Assembly: GCA_048939015.1 (NCBI GenBank)
Contig: JBHLPW010000060.1
Span: 1 to 28,349 of the forward strand
Origin: Promethearchaeota archaeon
GTDB lineage: Archaea; Asgardarchaeota; Lokiarchaeia; Sigyniarchaeales; SOKP01
Direction: 5' to 3'
DNA: 28,349 nt
Part shown: in pieces, positions 26,653-28,349 of the stretch
Layout: every line of letters starts with the position of its first letter
How positions within the stretch are numbered: the first letter of the stretch is position 1
Notes under the pieces: model-generated
What the model saw: only the letters and a program-made list of their open reading frames with translations
Told to the model about the DNA's origin: nothing
Database searches by the model: none
Position numbers and translations under genes: made by a program

Positions 26653-27531
26653 GTGATAATATTGAGAATCGGTGCGCACATGAGTGTTTCAGGCGGTAAA
26701 TATATGGCATTTGAGAGTGGTAAAGAATTAGGGTGCGAAGCTATTCAAGTATTTGTTAGAAATGTGCGAGGTTGGACTTCTGGACCTTTAAAACAAGAAG
26801 AAATCGATGATTTTATAAATAAGAAAGATGAAATGAAAGATGAAATATGGCCCGTAATAAGTCATAACTCCTATCTAATTAATTTGGCTTCTATCGATGA
26901 TGAAAAATTAGAAAAATCCTATAATGCTATGCTTGATGAGCTTACTAAAGTTGACCAGTTACAAATAGAATATGAGAATATGCATCCTGGAGTCATCCCA
27001 ATTAGTGATAAGAAAGAAATTACTAAATTGGAAGCACTAACGCAAATTGCTGAACATTTAAATAAATTGATGGAAGCAACAAAATCATCAAATGTTATAA
27101 TATTACTTGAAACCACTGCCGGACAAGGTAAAGGTTTAGGGAATAAATTCCATCATTTTAAAAAAATAATAGATAAAATACAAAATAAAGAAAGAATTGG
27201 AATTTGTTTTGATACTGCTCACTCCTTTGCTGCTGGATATAATTTTACAACAAGAAAAGGATACGAGGAAATGTGGAATGAATTTGATGATATTCTTGGT
27301 TTGAAATATCTATTTGCATTTCATTTAAATGATACTGATAAAGAATGTGGCTCAAGAGTGGATAGACACACTCATATTGGCCAAGGAAAAATTGGGAAAG
27401 AACCATTTGGCTTTTTTATTAATGATGAGAGATTTAAAGATATGCCAGGAATTTTAGAAACTCCTAAAAGCACAGATTTGAAAGAAGATATTATGAATTT
27501 AAAAATATTAAAATCATTGAGGAAAACCTGA
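26653..27531 (+). CDS. nfo: Endonuclease IV (AP endonuclease family 2)
   Basis: IGAHMS, HNSYLINLAS, HPG, LETTAGQG, CFDTAH, HLND, DRHTHIG, ILETP. True start probably TTG at 26662 after an AGGTGAT RBS. Confidence 0.95.
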   Translation: MIILRIGAHMSVSGGKYMAFESGKELGCEAIQVFVRNVRGWTSGPLKQEEIDDFINKKDEMKDEIWPVISHNSYLINLASIDDEKLEKSYNAMLDELTKVDQLQIEYENMHPGVIPISDKKEITKLEALTQIAEHLNKLMEATKSSNVIILLETTAGQGKGLGNKFHHFKKIIDKIQNKERIGICFDTAHSFAAGYNFTTRKGYEEMWNEFDDILGLKYLFAFHLNDTDKECGSRVDRHTHIGQGKIGKEPFGFFINDERFKDMPGILETPKSTDLKEDIMNLKILKSLRKT

Positions 27532-27532
27532 A

Positions 27533-27937
27533 TTATTCAATGTTGAACCAGACAGGATCCTTACTTGTTGCCTTACCACCATAGTTTATTGTTAGTTCTT
27601 CATTTTTATTAACATGTTTTATAGTTTTAAATTTAATTGTATCATTTCTATAATTATATTCATAGGTAACATTTGGACTATAAGAGTGGTTCATAAATTG
27701 ACAAATGCTCATAGCAAGTGCTGTTTTATTTTCTGACTTATATTTTGGATTTTTCCATTCAAAACAATAATTAGACAATAGTGTTTTATCAATTAACTTG
27801 TAATCATTATTCGGAATTAAAACTACATGAGCAACATCAATTATTTTACCTTTCCGAATATCTTCTTTGGCAAATAAACCTCTCCCTTTTTTTAATGATA
27901 TGAATTTCACTTTTAGAAAAGGATTCATAAAATTCAC
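27533..27937 (-). CDS. Minimal SET-domain protein-lysine methyltransferase
   Basis: KGRGLFA, FMNHSYSPN, EELTINYG, C-terminal PVWF. Confidence 0.92.
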   Translation of the reverse strand: MNFMNPFLKVKFISLKKGRGLFAKEDIRKGKIIDVAHVVLIPNNDYKLIDKTLLSNYCFEWKNPKYKSENKTALAMSICQFMNHSYSPNVTYEYNYRNDTIKFKTIKHVNKNEELTINYGGKATSKDPVWFNIE

Positions 27938-28033
27938 AAATAAAAATAAAATTCAACTTCGATATTAAATAATAGTAATTATAATATTAAAATTAAAAGA
28001 AGTTATTTTATAATATCGATAATAAAATGGATA

Positions 28034-28348
28034 TTACTCTACCTCAAACCACATAGGACTCTTATCTTCAACTAAAGCATTGTAATTCACTGTTATTTCT
28101 TCTCCTTTTGAAATATCTCTTATAGCAGAAAATTCAATTGCTTTATTTTCATAATCATATAGATATTTAGAATTCGGATCGAATGAATGATTTATAAATT
28201 GGCTTACACTAAGAGTTATTGCATTTGTAAAAGCAGGCATGTGTTCCGGATCCTCCCAAATATAGCAATAATTATACAAGATTGTTTTATAGATCTTTTT
28301 ATAATCTTTATTGGGTATAGGTACTACGTAAGCAATATCAATAATTGT
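28034..28348 (-). CDS. Second minimal SET-domain methyltransferase (5' end outside the window)
   Basis: Frame stays open past the track's TTG to the window edge (TIIDIAYVVPIPNKDYKKIYKTILYNYCYIW, aligning with KIIDVAHVVLIPNNDY of the neighbour); FINHSFDPN, GEEITVNY, PMWF. Confidence 0.9.
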   Translation of the reverse strand, partial: TIIDIAYVVPIPNKDYKKIYKTILYNYCYIWEDPEHMPAFTNAITLSVSQFINHSFDPNSKYLYDYENKAIEFSAIRDISKGEEITVNYNALVEDKSPMWFEVE

Positions 28349-28349
28349 T

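Noticed and set aside
19859-27116. Short nested or antisense ORFs (19859, 22851, 23202, 23930, 24210, 24441, 24635, 24723, 25265, 26919)
   Set aside because: Shadows of real genes; the F/L/S-rich ones arise from the purine-rich E/K/R tract on the opposite strand.

Overview
AT-rich archaeal chromosomal segment, most consistent with an Asgard archaeon of the Lokiarchaeia type. This assignment is an inference from two TFB homologues, GGTGA ribosome-binding sites, a longin-like cytoplasmic tail and a tandem-domain Lrp regulator. From left to right the window holds: (1) a >1559-aa single-pass surface protein missed by the ORF track because it runs off the window edge, with 597-bp tandem Ig-like repeats and a longin/roadblock-like cytoplasmic tail; (2) a divergent pair of luciferase-like (LLM) oxidoreductases, one resembling the F420-dependent phthiodiolone ketoreductase subfamily; (3) a RimJ/RimL GNAT; (4) two tandem P2-scaffold P-type ATPases; (5) two TFB paralogues flanking a 4-TM protein; (6) a 5'-truncated gene copy; (7) a redox cluster (polyferredoxin-like protein, Cys-rich mini-protein, flavodoxin, Lrp, QueG/RdhA-family protein, AOR); (8) a protein with charged ER/K repeats; (9) endonuclease IV; (10) two tandem SET-domain genes. 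The strongest novelty candidate is the ATPase pair. Both keep intact catalytic motifs, but the M4 ion-binding motif PEGLP is replaced by PIN(I/L)P, reminiscent of the PISL motif of eukaryotic P4 lipid flippases, and the M6 Asp is replaced by His. No rRNA, tRNA, CRISPR array or transposase was seen. All homology calls come from motif recognition; no database search was run.
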